A stretch of DNA of 64,000 nucleotides, taken from contig OZ037772.1 in assembly GCA_964035545.1 (NCBI GenBank), positions 8,112,950 through 8,176,949 of the forward strand. Direction: 5' to 3'. The DNA is from Bugula neritina. Lineage: Eukaryota > Animalia > Bryozoa. Shown one piece after another: positions 12,291 to 34,525 of the stretch (positions are counted from its first letter, which is position 1; each line of letters begins with the position of its first letter). Both the position numbers and the translations under genes were made by a program. The notes beneath the pieces were generated by a model that worked only from the letters and a program-made list of their open reading frames with translations, was not told the origin of the DNA and did no database searches.

Positions 12291-14810
12291 ATGGAGGTAG
12301 AGGTTTTTTTTATATCAAATATTGTTTTTTAAACCTAATTACAAAAGTTCTGGAAATTAAATCAATTGCCATAAAGCTCGAGTTAAACTTGAAGTAAACA
12401 TCATGATCATTATGATCATCGTCATGTTGATGTACTGCTAGTAGTAGTACTAGTGCTGTACAGTGTACTACTAATAGTAATAGTCTACTACGTCTAGTTC
12501 TACTGAGTACTAGTACTTGTCATTGTCAAGTGTGTCTTGTAGTTGTACTGAACTTGTATTACTAGTTGTGGTGATCAATGATATCACTATCATTATGATT
12601 ATGAGCTCATTATCATTATGAATACGATGAATAATATAAATATTAATAAATCAATAAAATTAAATGTTATACTCTTATAGTATCATCACTGTGATACTGA
12701 TTGTGATAAATTTATCATCAATTTTGAATGTTTCAGGTTTAATTATAGTTGAAATTTAATAATGTCTAGTAAACAGGTGACTATTCAATTTCATTGGTCT
12801 GTCTATTCAAATTCTTACTTATAATTTTCTGATGATGCAAAAACCAAGCCCAATGACTGTGAGCAATGGCAATTGGTTTACAATAAAAATATTAAATTTA
12901 TAACTATTACTATCGTTTATCTGTATTACATTTACTATTTCTAATTTTGTAATGCTATGTTATAATGAGTGTATTGGTAGTACTATTATTAATACATTGT
13001 GTTTTATTTTTCAGTTCCAGCTCATAAAGTCAGTCGATGACCAAGTTTTAGACAGTTTTGTTTTTTATTCTGTTCTTCTTGTACTAAAGTTTATGAGCAG
13101 CATATGGTTGTTGTCCTACAACAGAATCAGACACCGGGTTAGTTGACAATTTGATTACAGCTTCCATCTATGTCCACATCTTATATCCGTAAACGCAATG
13201 TGTGTTTTTAATACTATTGCTCCATGTTTTTATAATTACTGTCTATTTCAGTGATTGTGGGAGGTATTTAAAATCAATAAATTTGTTTAGAATTAATAAT
13301 CATTTTTGCTAAAAAGAATGTAACAAAATTATCTTAAAATATATTAGAATGCTGTCGTGTTCTGTTGTTTGCTTTGTATACTAGAAATATTATCCTTTTA
13401 GCTGCCAGCTAATCCTGAGGATGGGCCCGTCAAAGGTCACCCCCAATTGACTACATGTGAAAGGTTAGCTCTTAGTGTAACTATAAGCTTATTGGTAGTT
13501 GTAGCATTGTTTTATAATAATAATAAAATTTAGCACTGAGTGATTGAATAAATACCAGCCAGATGTTATGCTTGTTTAATCATGCATATATTTTTTTCTC
13601 TTTTCACTCTCAGTTTATCTAATTATAACTTCTTAACTTCAGTTTGTTGCAGCATGTCAACTGGCTTGTAACTAGTAAAGCATACAGATTTATGAACAAG
13701 CCATTTTTGATTCTACTTGAGTTATTCTTTTAAAAAAGTTCATACAGAAGTGTTTTTTGAATAATTTAAAAACTTAGAATGCTCTTCCTGACATCGCCAA
13801 TGACCTTGCTAGGATTTGAACTAGTAATTGCTAGCCCACTAGATTAAAACTGCTTCATAACTTTTTCATGTGTATAAAATTCTTAAATAGGACAAGCTGT
13901 TTACTGCCTCACAACTGTTTTTAACTAACCGAGAGTGGAAAAAGACATATTTTTATTTTCTTTATTTTTTCATCAATTTTTATGTAACCTGTCTGGAATT
14001 TGGTGCTTATTCCTGCCTCAATGTTGACCTGGCTGCAGCTTGATTATTTGTTTTTGGTTTTATGCCAAGTGTGGTTTTTGTGACCCATTGTAGCTACAGG
14101 TACAATTATGCATTTAGTTTTTAACTTTTATTTTGACCAACAATTCCTAACACTCGTTTTGTGATAACCAACACTATTACAATGTAGTTCAGTTTGTATT
14201 GTCTTTGTAGGATGATTGAAAATGATATAGAGAATATAATTCCCTTCTTTTTTCTCGGATTAATTTTCGTCATGGCCGGTGGACCAGAGCTCAGCGTGTC
14301 TTACTGTAAAAATATCTTCAGGCTTTTCTTCTTTAGTCGCTGCGCCATGTCATTCTGTCACTACTTCCACATTCAGGTATGCAAATTCTTTGTACTTATA
14401 TTCTACTAGCTAGTGTTGTGACGTTATGCTCCTCACTAATAATACTACTCATTAGATAGTAATGTAATGTCATTCAATATTTCACTAGATAATAATGTAG
14501 TATTATGCTACTCACTAGCTGGTAATATAAGGCTGCCTTTAATTTGCTATTGCAACTGTATTATTTTTGGTAGTTGTTCTCTCCTACAACATAGTTGCTT
14601 GCTAAATCTTTCAGATGAATTTTTGAAACAGGCATTGCATATATAAATACAGTGTGCAGACTACACTCATCAATGTAGCTATTCTTTATTATGCTGTATA
14701 TGTTGTAGCCTTTCCGAAGTATCTTCTTTCTGGTTGCATTTGCTTGCAACTTGGTGATGTTTGGTACCACAGCCATGTCAGTGGGTTCTGCAGCCACTAA
14801 ATACATCTAG
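12291..14810 (+). CDS. MAPEG-family membrane protein (MGST1/PTGES-like), divergent
   Basis: Exons 12291-12296 (ME), 13015-13137, 13401-13463, 14211-14376, 14709-14810 give ...YSVLLVLKF...RIRHR|LPANPED...|R MIENDIENIIPFFFLGL...FRLFFFSR...HIQ|PFRSIFF...; ANPED and NDxENIIPF are MGST1 hallmarks; four hydrophobic segments. Confidence 0.85.
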
Positions 14811-15488
14811 GAAAAACCTCTGCAGAGACATATTTTGGTGGCAAAACTTGCTATGAACTGGCATTTCTACTGCATAATCAAATTTATTGCTTTTATTAGC
14901 TTTCTCCTTTTACCACTTTATTATATGTCCTGCAAGCCATGTATATGTACTGATTTTATTACTAACAATGATTCCAACTAGATCATTTCTACTTTCTATA
15001 ACATATTATTGACAATGAAATATAGAGTACAGTTTATTGTAATTTATTAAAAGAAAACAATTTATAACTGACATTATTTTCTCGCAAAGGAATGGAGCAG
15101 AGACTACATGGTAGTAGCTTACAAAAAGCAATATCAAACAACATTTCTTCAATAATGTTATGTACATATGTGTTTATTTGTGTATCTCCTATATTACATA
15201 GTCTAATGTACGTACATTCAAAACAAGATAGACAGAAAAAATGAGATATCAAAGAAGACGTATAAAGTAATGACTGGTAAACTAGTGAGAGGGCTAGGCG
15301 GAAGCTGTTAGTATGTACAGTAAAGGAAGCGCCCCCTTTACTACAACTACTTGACTGTGCCCACCACGTCGCCCCTCCACAGAAGTATTATGTACATCTA
15401 CAGAGGGGAGACAATAATATGTGTAGAACAGCAGTTAGAGTAGATGTAGAATGTGCTAGAGAGTCAAATACTAATTCGGAGGAGGATA

Positions 15489-18300
15489 TCAGTTCTCCCC
15501 GTCTTCTTCCGCCTCTTCGGCGTTTTCATCTTCGCCTTCATCACCCTAGCAATATATTCTATTGTTATAGCAACAATCGTAATGGAAACCATAACATCAA
15601 AGTAACTGTTGCCAAGGAGCAAGTAAACAGAAGTACTACATACTAAGTAACAAGTAAGCATAAGTACTAGATACCTAGTAACAAGTAAACACAAGTACTA
15701 GACACTTAGCAACAAGTAAACACAAGTACTAGACACTTAGCAACAAGTAAATACAAGTACTAGACACTTAGCAACAAGTAAATACAAGTACTAGACACTT
15801 AGCAACAAGTAAATACAAGTACTAGACACTTAGCAACAAGTAAATACAAGTACTAGATACTCAGTAACAAGTAAATACAAGTACTAGATACTTAGTAACA
15901 AGTAAATACAAGTACTAGACACTTAGCAACAAGTAACCACTAAATCAAATAACTAGTGAGAGTGTACACCAGGGGTGTCCAACCTTTTTTAGATTGAGGG
16001 CCAGAGCATCAGTATCTTTTCAAATTATGTTAAATCTCAAATTCCCACGAATCATTACACAACAAAGTCTAGCAATATATAGAAATAAGGCATTGAAAAG
16101 TATATTTTTTGCCGTAATTCATATATGTGTGCCAAAGAATGTTATTTGTTGTGCCTTCAAGGATAACATAAATGTAGGCTGTTGGACAAGCCTGATGTAG
16201 CAGCAATGAATCATTACACTACAAAGTCTAACAACTGCAGGCTGTATTGGGGAGAGCCCGGCTGGGAGAGAGACTGGAGTACCTCATCTTCCAGAATCTC
16301 GTCCTCTTCGTCCTCGTCAAACTCTTCGTCGTCCTCGTCCTCGTCGTCCTCCAGGTTACCAGAGACTGGCTCCAGCTCACTGGACAGGTAGTACTGTAGG
16401 GGGTTCGGCCAGATGTCGTCCTTCATCACCTCGCCCAGCTCGTCGGCTCCGGCATCCGTCGTGTCGCTGAACCACGTGAAGAAAGACTCAGAGTCCAGGG
16501 ACCTCTTCTTGCCGCTGTCTCCGTTGGACTGTTTGGTGAGGTCTTTCCCCTCCTTCCACTGGATCCCGGAGGCCTTGGAGGACGGCTCCCCGGACTCGTT
16601 CAAGTGGAACTCTTTCTTCAGGAACTGATTCTCAAAGTATGGGTTTTTCGAGAAGTGCTGATGAGAATAGAATATGACAGAGTAATTACTATGAGTAGTA
16701 GTTGACACAAAATAATTTACAATACGTCTTATAATAAAATTGCAATGCTGCCAGCATTTCTCTGATTAGGTTTGTAAGTTCAGTAAGTTATGTGAGATGA
16801 ACTACTAACCAGAGTAACAGAAAACCCGGATTTTATGTCTTCGAATTCTTCTATTTCTACTTGAGACAAGTAATGTAGGACCTGCAAACATCACAACAGT
16901 TATATGAGCAGTAGAACACAGAAAAAATGTCACCAACACAGTAAATACTGGCTGTTTACTTATTGACTATCTACTATTTACTTACCTCTTCGTCCTGCTC
17001 TGTTAATAAAGTGGAAAGCTGAGGGTGATTGACAAATACATTCAACCAAAAGTCTGGAATCCGCGATATCAACTCATTCCTTTTGGAGAAGTGTGGCTGC
17101 CTTAATTTATTATATTTTTGTTCAACCTGAAATAGATATCCATAGTAGAAAACATAGAAGAAACTAGAAACTAGAACAAGCTACAATAATGGAAATACTA
17201 CAATAATTACAAATGGAAAATGTTTCTAAGCTTATTAAACCTGGCCTGGTGATATGCTAGCTCAGCATTTAGTCCTTCATTTGATTGCAAAGTTTCAAGC
17301 ATGAACAAAGCCTAAGAATGGTTATCTTTATATGGTAAAAACTTGAAGATAAAGAGAACCAACCTTTAAAATTTCTTCACTAGCTTGTTCGTTGAGTCTA
17401 TCGATTTCATTTTGTACCTCGTCTATTTTTTCAATAGCATCCTGCTCAACATCTGCTAAAATAAAAGAGAGGCTGGTCTGAACTCTGCCGTGCCAAGAGT
17501 AAACTACACACAATGACCACATGACGGTAGAATTCGAAACCTTTGTAGGTATCAAACTATTTTCCAAATACTAGCTGAAGTGGGTCTATACAGATACTGA
17601 TGGTAACTGCAAATGTGTAGTAATACCAATAGCCACAGATAATGTGACACTGAGTCTCACACTGACAGTGACAATACGAATTATTGCTAATACTAATGGC
17701 AATAGCAATACTTAGTCTAACACTACTAGCACTAGATATAATATTATTAAACGAGACACTGACAGCACTAGACCTAGGCCTGGTCTACATCAACACCTGC
17801 GGTTGCCCGTAAGCTTTCATGTTAAGGCGTAAAATCAAAGTAAAAAATGGAACAAATGTATCAATCCGATTTCATTCACAGCAAACATTGAAATATCAGA
17901 TGACACTGACAGAGCAGTGATCCCGATCAACATCAACGTTGGATTAGACGTTGAACTCTTTTAATAACCGCAATAATTTCAATGCAATATTACTTACTCT
18001 GCATTCTATGAGCTTGAGTACCAGTATGACTACCACTATGACTATTGAGAATTTAAAAATGAATTTAATTTCACCACAAATTCAAATTGAAATCAGAAAT
18101 GCAATTGATTTTGAATAGCAAATTGAAATTGAATTTCAGTAACAAATACCAGTTGTGATAAAATAAGTATAAAAACACAGACGAAACAATAATACTATGA
18201 TGAGACATAATCACAAAGCACTAATCGAGGTATGAGATCATTAATTTAACCTACCTGCTTCTGAATTGTCAGTTCGCGCTACCTTTGGTTGACTGGCCAT
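15489..18300 (-). CDS. SET: Protein SET / TAF-I (NAP family histone chaperone)
   Basis: Exons 18300-18255, 17452-17364, 17126-16986, 16881-16810, 16657-16283, 15545-15489: [38 protein letters not shown]...[14 protein letters not shown]...NPYFEN...SFFTWF...[13 protein letters not shown] plus an acidic tail. Confidence 0.95.
15620..15935. repeat. 31-bp minisatellite (CAAGTACTAGACACTTAGCAACAAGTAAATA)n in last SET intron
   Basis: About 9-10 tandem copies. Confidence 0.9.
15970..16194. mobile_element. hAT-like MITE
   Basis: Terminal inverted repeats CAGGGGTGTCCAAC ... GTTGGACAAGCCTG, a typical hAT/Charlie-type terminus. Confidence 0.65.
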
Positions 18301-18720
18301 TTTTCATTCATGCACGAGTCGAAGAAGAAAGGAAACAGGTCAATAGCAAAAAAGAGTTTGATGTATATTTACGACATTGTTTTTTTTGTCGGATACAATT
18401 TTTCAAAATACACAAGAAATTAAATAATGTGTTTAAATTTTCTTTTTTTTATTTTTTTTAATTTGTGTTTGATTGTGAAAGGTTGTTCTGAAAATCCCAG
18501 TTTTTTTATGATTTTAGACTTGAATCACAACAAAACATTTTGAGGCACTATGAAGCCCCCACGACAGGTTATGCGCTTCGAGAAAATTAGGCTAACAATG
18601 AATTTGGTTACAATCAGCAAAATTAACTTATGAAGGCTCAGGCTTCTTATTTTATAATTTATTGATAATTGGTATTCGCATTGAAGTGATTTTATGATAA
18701 AAAGCATATAGGTATGGTGA
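18301..18720. promoter_or_regulatory. Probable bidirectional promoter shared by SET (-) and USP20/33 (+)
   Basis: SET ATG at 18300. The USP ATG exon is preceded by an acceptor at ~19554, implying a non-coding first exon, with a candidate donor ATAG|GTATGG near 18711. Confidence 0.45.
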
Positions 18721-19637
18721 TCTACTGAGATGCCTATATAGTATGTACTGTATAATGTATAGTATATTTAATAATTTGATTTTCATTAACTGTAAGTGTA
18801 ACTCAATCTCAATCTGAATGTTTATCTTAGAGTTAGAGTTAATCAGTTATTATTATTGTTAGAGTTAGTACATAGTTAATCATAGTACTAATAGAATAAT
18901 AGTAATAATTCTACAGTACTACTACTACTAGTATAAGTATTACTACTAGTACTAGTACTGTAGTAGTACCACTACTAGTACTAGTAGTAGTACTGCTAGT
19001 GCTACTAGTTTTGTAGCACTACTACTACTACTAGCAGTAGTACTAGTTCACTGACAGTAGTAATAAATTTAATTAATTAGTTAATAACTATATAAGTAAT
19101 ACATTGAATAACTAGATATTAAGTTATAGCTATTATATTTAGAGTTAGTATTATATTGATTAACATAAACTTTATAAATATTTATGTTATTGTATTATTG
19201 TTTAGAAGTCATTTTGTAATAAGTAAATAGGCATTAATTATTATAATTATATCTATTTATTATCTTTGATTTTATACTAATACTAATAGTAATACTAAGC
19301 TTTAGTTAGTAATAGTAATACTAGTTTTAGTGCTTCACCATTATAGGCTATTGCAGCCAGCAGTGAAAATTGTGAACAATGGCACAACTGTATAATAAAC
19401 TCATTAAACTGGATTGGATTTCAACACTAAAATCATTTATTGGCCACTAATAAGCTTGTCTAGCATTTATATATGATGTGTTAGCGTTGTTATTTACTAT
19501 ATTACTAAAACAAAAATATGTTTTTAACTTGGTGTTTGACATTTTATTTTCCAGGTTTGATTGTTTGTCATATTTTAGTAAAACATTTATGCATTGGGCT
19601 CAGCGAGTGGTGATTTCTGAGAGTGGATAGAGACAGA

Positions 19638-27681
<8,044 letters not shown>

Positions 27682-28773
27682 TGGTATTCTTCATTGCACA
27701 CTGGTGTTCTGGCTAATCATATTAGTCATTTAATTTCATAGTCAGAATAAATTCAGCATGATTGTGATTCTAAATAAAACTGTGAAATGACAACTCCTCA
27801 TTGAAGGAGGAGCTACTTGATATAATATTTTAATTTAATCATATTATCATGTCTATAAGTTGACTTTGAAACTATAAATGATGTATTTTCAATTATTGAT
27901 GTTAATTTATGCAATATAATCATTTTAGTTTTATTGTAAGTACTTTTTAGAAATTTAATATATGATTAAAACATTAGATTGCTTTCTTGTAAATTTGAAC
28001 TAAAAATCTTGTTGGAATCTGTGCCTAGAAGTTGAGGCAAAATTTTGCATTAGATTTTTGTAATTTTGAGTTCAATCAATCTGTCAACAGTCACTTTAAT
28101 GTGTTGAAGCTCGGCCTAAAAATCACACGAATTATGTAACGCGCACCTCTCCACAAAGCACGTGTGACACACTGTCAACATAACTAATCAAGCTTAAGCT
28201 CTGGTATCTGATTGGCTGCTTAAAGCATGCGCTCAGCCAGACGTTTCATGAATGAAATGACAGTGTCATTGTCTGCAAGGTGCTTGGTTGTACGAGGTGT
28301 TGACATTGTCTGACAACTGTGGACACTTGCTCACTCCTGCCAGGTGCGTAGTTTCAATTTGAATATAAATATTTCTGTGCTTTGAATCCATGTATTTCTA
28401 AAGATGGTTTTTCATTTTTCTATATTATAGAAGTGGCACTAAGTGTTAAGCTATGAAACTTGGGGGTTAATGCCAGCTGTCCAGTAATAGCATAATTTTA
28501 ACTAAAGATGTAGACTGTTCATATAAATATTGCTTACACTTGCATCATGCAGAAACTTAATATTACTTTAATATTTCTTTTAATCTGTTCATAACTTTCA
28601 GAATTTTGATGAAACTATGAAATAAGATTGTTTGACACACAATCTAATATTCCTACTAATATTTACTCTGATTTTACACACACAGACACACGCGCGCACG
28701 CACACACACACAAAAATTCATATATATAAAAGAAGTCATAATGTTAAACAATACATGTGTAACTACTTTCAGT

Positions 28774-28992
28774 ATGACCAAACTTTGGCTTACAATCTTG
28801 TCCTGCTGTCTATTCTTTGGAGTGACATCTGCTGGCTTACTTCCTGCCCAAAGGTCATCCAATGAAAACACAGGCGTGGTTGGTGGTGTTCGTCCAGTCA
28901 TCTTCATGCACGGTATATTCGGGACAGGAAATGAAGTGAACTTTGCACAAGAGTATCTCCCGAAGGTAGTTATAACATGTTGTGATACAAAA

Positions 28993-29084
<92 letters not shown>

Positions 29085-32000
29085 AAAAATCTCACACGAC
29101 ATATATTGTTCACAGTATATGCCAAGTGTCTTTAATATTTAAACTATTAATGTAGCTAAATTTGTTTAAAGTTTTACCTCTATATTTCTATAATATATTT
29201 ATAAACTATATTATTGTGGCAACCACATCTTCTCTGTAGTTTTACCCTGGAATTAAGATCTACTATCTCCGAATGTTCAATGGCTTAGAGAGTGCTGAAG
29301 ACCTGGGTGTTCAAATGAAGCGCATTCTGCCAGCTATGCAAGAGGTAATATCTAAAGAAATCTACACTATCTCTGCACTAAATAACTTAGTTTGTTCCGT
29401 GGTAGGGTATGGCCCCATATTCAGTATGGTGTGACTGTGGCATCCTTATCACAGCTGCATGAAAGCATTACGTGTTGTCTGCAAGGGTTGAGCTGTACAG
29501 TGGTTTCCTATAGGACAGACAGGTGCTGCTTCTCACAGACTACCTCCCTATCACCTGCTTGGCCTGCCATACTATGAACAGACTACCTTCCTATCACCTG
29601 CTTGGCCTGCCATACTATGACATCCAATTATAGCTAGGTTTATCAATGGTTAGATGTAGGGTATACATATGAGGTATAAAAGGGCTTGATTTTTATTTAA
29701 ACTATACTATATTTATATTATATTGCAGGTTTAAGTGTTATAAACTTTTATGTTTGTAGCCAAGTATAGCCAAATAGCCAAATATGTGTTTTCGCTTCAT
29801 TAGCAATCATCAAAAAGAGGTTTTCTTTAAATCCATTTTGATGATCATGGTATACCTACAATATATTTTATGTACTTTTAAACTTAAAACACATAATTAT
29901 AGTAAACAAATTGAAGCTAATGTAATTATTATGGTTTCAAATTTTATTCCATTGCATATTCATTTGGAATTCCCATGTATTATCTAACACCTGCTATTTG
30001 GAATTCCCGTTTGACTGCTATACAGATAATGGACAATCACACAGACACTGGAGTTACCCTACTCTGTTACTCTCAAGGAGGTGTTATCTGCAGAGGAGTG
30101 GTCCAGATGTTATCCACACACAATGTGCACACTTTCATAGCCTTAAGTTCTCCACTTGCAGGGCAGTTTGGGGTTACTGGCTTTGTTCAACATTTTACCG
30201 GATTAATGAACAGGGACTCATTATGGGAGTGAGTAATAGCCCAGCCTTACTAAATTACTTACATCTGTAAAGATCCTGTGCTAAAACATGTTCATTTCAC
30301 ATTTGCTAGAGCTAGCCTTAGTTATACACTCTTTTATATTGTCTAGGTTCTGGTACTCTGAGTTGGGGAGGTGGATATCTGTGGGAGACTACTGGAATGA
30401 CCCTCATCACCAGGGGGAGTTTTCTGACCCTTCCAAGGACATCTTCTTAGCCAGACTCAACAATCAGACTGGCCATTCTCAAAGTCAAGGTTAGTTGAAC
30501 TATAGTTTGGTATAAGATTCACAATGAATCTCGAACTACAACAACTATATTGATACGTATTAGCACTAGACATGTGGTTTAGTGTTTATAGTTGTCTATA
30601 GTCATAGTTACTTTTAGTAATAGTTATACTTATAGTTACAGATATTTATAGTCATAGTCACTTGGACTCAATCAATCCTGTTAACTAGATATGTGACGTA
30701 TGATAAACACACAGAGACAGAGTTGAACTGGATATGCTGTCATATGTCTTATTTTGAGTACATTTTAGTTCTTGTCTTCTCTTCACTCACTATTTATACT
30801 ATGAAGAAAACATCATGTCATCTGCTAGTTAAAAACAACATCTACTAGCTAAGCAGTGCCAAGAGAGACTTTATTACCTACACAACCAGGACAGCCCTAT
30901 ATATAGGGAAGACTCCACACTGCTTTTACCTCCCCAGTAGCATGTTGTTCTCATCATACTGTAACATGTAGTCTAATTATTACATAACAGTACCAGCAGC
31001 AGTACAGATATATTGACAGCATCTTGTAGCCGGTTAGTTGTATATGATTGTCAGCTAGTTGGGCAGAACTTAATTAATAAATATTACTTGAAGAGTACAA
31101 GAAGAACTTCCTGAAACTAGAGAGACTGGTGATGATTGGTGGACCTGATGACACAGTGATTACACCTTGGCAAAGTGCCCAACTCGGATTCTATAACCAG
31201 AATGAGACAGTCCTGCCCTTTGAGAAGCAGCCTGTAAGTTATATGCAGTTACTTGGAGTTGTGTGCTCTTGAGAGGTCATATATCTTATTCAATATTGAC
31301 CTGCAGTAGATACTGTCTGGTTCTTGTGTAGTTACTTATTCTCACCCATTAAACTATAACTCGTATAGAAGTATCAGTCCATTGATCTCACCCCTATTAC
31401 GATATATTACATGCGGTTACTTGGAGTTGTGTGCTCTTGAGAGGTCATATATCTTTATTCAATATTGACCTGCAGTGGATACTGTCTGGTTCTTGTGTAG
31501 TTACTTATTCTCACCTCTATTATAATATATATTATTATACACTGTTATTTGGAGTTGTGTGCACATGAGCGGTTGTATATCGTACTCAATAATGACCTGG
31601 TATGGTTCTTGTGTAGTTACTTAGTCACCAAGGCCTTAAGGAACGGGTTTCTGTACAGACTGCTAGCAAAATCTTTAGACATGGGTCATTTTACTTAATT
31701 TAGTACACACTGGATATCTTCAGTTTTTAGCTATTTTTCACAATTTAACTGCTAATGGACATGGTGGGTTTTTTGGCCAAAACTAGTAAAACACCAATAA
31801 ATACACCTAATTAAAGCTCTTTTTAATTTTGCTTCATTTTCCATGTTTTTTTTTAATTATTCAGCTACTTTTGGTTGTGGACCGTTACGGTTTTTTCGTA
31901 ACGGTCCGCACTCCTAATAAGCTAAATATATAAAAAAAACATGGGAAATCAAGCAAAATTAAGAAGAACCTTAATTGTTTCGGTATATTTATTGGTGTTT

Positions 32001-32731
32001 TACTAGTTTTGGGCAAAAAGTCATGTTCATTACCAGCTAAATTGTGAAAAATAGCTAAAACTGAAGATCTCCAGTGTATACTAAATCAAGTAAAATGATC
32101 CACAAGCAGAAATTTAGTCTGTTTTGTGCTGATTTTGTGCTCACTACTATCTTGTTCAAATATATTTGACCAAATTCTACCTGTATAGCCAAAAGCTACA
32201 GATCGAGCCACATCTATCCAGTACTCAGACTTAGTGTAAACTGCGTGATCACCAAGTTATTTATTGACTAATTTACTGCTTTGTTGTACACATGTAACAT
32301 TGTACTGCTTTCATGATGTTTATAACCCACTGAACTATTGAACTGTTGAACATTGGCATATCAATTAATATACTGACTTGCAGGTTAGCTGCTAGAGAAC
32401 TTGAGAATAATTAGTCTAAACTCTAAACAGCATGCTTTATGAGCCAATAATTTAACTGGCCTGAGGTTATTGGCACATATTGATTATTATAAAAGCATAT
32501 TGTAATGTTATAAACAATATCTATAATGTCTATAAAGTTGCAAAGCTCAAGATATTATAAGTTTAAATTCTGTATAAATATTTACAGTGGTATGAAAGAG
32601 ATGAGTTTGGTTTACGTTCTCTTCACAAAAGAGGTAGGATTGTGAGACACACACACCCTGGTGTACATCACACACAATGGTATAAAACCCCTGAAGTGTT
32701 TGATAAGTACATTATACCTTATTTGCAATAA
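28774..32731 (+). CDS. PPT2: Lysosomal thioesterase PPT2-like, copy A
   Basis: Exons 28774-28965, 29240-29344, 30026-30228, 30347-30489, 31094-31233, 32588-32731. Signal peptide, RPVIFMHG, nucleophile [38 protein letters not shown], catalytic His in GVHHTQW. Confidence 0.93.
28996..29081. repeat. (TA)n microsatellite
   Basis: Direct inspection. Confidence 0.98.
31683..32102. mobile_element. Foldback/MITE with ~175-bp inverted arms and a central hairpin
   Basis: GGTCATTTTACTTAATTTAGTACACACTGGA... is mirrored by ...TCCAGTGTATACTAAATCAAGTAAAATGATCC; core GTGGACCGTTACG-tttttt-CGTAACGGTCCGC. Confidence 0.85.
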
Positions 32732-33689
32732 AATACAAGGTAGCACAACTCTTATAATTTGTAAATATTGTGTATATAACCATTTCTATTTTAAATACAG
32801 GTAAAAAATAAATCAATGTTTATTCTAAATGTAATTTATAAACATAGAGTGTAGACTAGCTGCTGAAGGTAACATGCACTATGTATCAATATTGGGTGAT
32901 AGTTGCATGCAAAATGCTTTTACACTCTGAAGGGGTATTGCATTAAGCTGCCATCTGTTATTTTCAGTCAAATTCATTACATGGTAGTTATAAGTTAGTT
33001 TATTACAGTAGATAAGCTTTTAAGAAGTTGTCTTCTATCAAATAAAAAGCATGAACAGCCATACCAACACGTATGGCCAATTTTAGTGCTAATGCACCTA
33101 TATGCAACTTGCACAAGGTGCATTTTGGACTTTCACAATTTTCAGTCAACAATTCAATTAGACTAAAATTAATATAACGCTTGCGTCTATTTCTTATTCA
33201 TGACAAAACTTATGGTTTTGCAAATACTATTGAACATACAGACTCATCTATGTCAAAATTATACAATGCTTACACCATACATGACAAAACAAAGAGTTGA
33301 GTTAAACCATAAAATATTGTAGTCCAGTGAAAGTCGCTTTTAAATGTATTCAACAGACAGTCAGTGAACAATGAGTGAATAATATAATAATAATATATAG
33401 TTGTATGAATATTTTATTCCAAAAAAACTAATACAAAACCAAAAGTATAAAGTTGTAAAAATAACTGTTCACCAGTTATGTTATGCCACAATTCTGGAGT
33501 AAATACAGACATGGGGAAGACAAATCTGTGTAAATATTATGGTCAGCTATTGCTGAATGGCATCGGTTTGCTACAAAATATACTGAGTTTGATAGTAAAT
33601 TACAATTGTTATACCAACATAACTATTATTGCTGATGAGTAGCTGAAGAATTAGACTAACATTAAATTTTTGTTGAAATAAACTGTGGC

Positions 33690-33980
33690 AGTAACATAAT
33701 ATAATATATATAATATTTATATCATAATAGATATTATATATGTATAATATAATATGTATTACATGTTTAATATCATATTTATTACATATGTATAATATAA
33801 TATGTATTACATGTATATTATCATATTTATTAAATATGTATAATATAATATGTATTACATGTATATTATAAAATATATCACACATACAATATAATATAAA
33901 TCACATGTATAATGTAATAACATGTAACATATATTGTATGTACACTATAATACATATAACATCTACAATATAGTATATCA
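33690..33980. repeat. AT-rich degenerate ~50-bp tandem repeat between the PPT2 3' ends
   Basis: Recurrent ATGTATAATATAATATGTATTACATGT. Confidence 0.75.
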
Positions 33981-34525
33981 TAGACATGCAAAACATAATA
34001 TATCAAACCAAAATGAAAGAATGAAAATGCACCTGATTGAATCTATAGAAAAGTAGCACTGAATAAAATGATTTTTGAGGCTACAAAATAACCCAGTTAT
34101 GTGACATGGCACGTGTATTGCATTGCATTGTGGAGAAATAATTTCCTAAACAAGAAATCATCTAGTAGAAATAGCTGCCGTATGACTCATTCGATTAGGA
34201 AACAGTACAGAAATATAAGTGCACATTGGTCAGGGGTATTTGAGCACCATCCAATGGAAGCAAGATTTACATAATGAAACCAGGTTTTATCCAATGAAGA
34301 CAAGTTTTTAAAAGACTGACTGTAACATATTAAAGTAAAGGGGCGGGTGGAGGATGCCCATACTGAAAAAACTAATGAATGGTGTGCACAGATAACCTTA
34401 TCACTGTAATTCCAAATTTATGAATCAATTACAACCTTATGACTTATATAAGTCCATGGACTATAACTCTACAGTTGGTATAAATATATGGCCTAAATTT
34501 TTATCTAACATAATATATAAAATGC

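Noticed and set aside
16182-16628. Plus-strand Ser-rich ORFs overlapping SET
   Set aside because: Antisense shadows of the GC3-rich SET exon 5.
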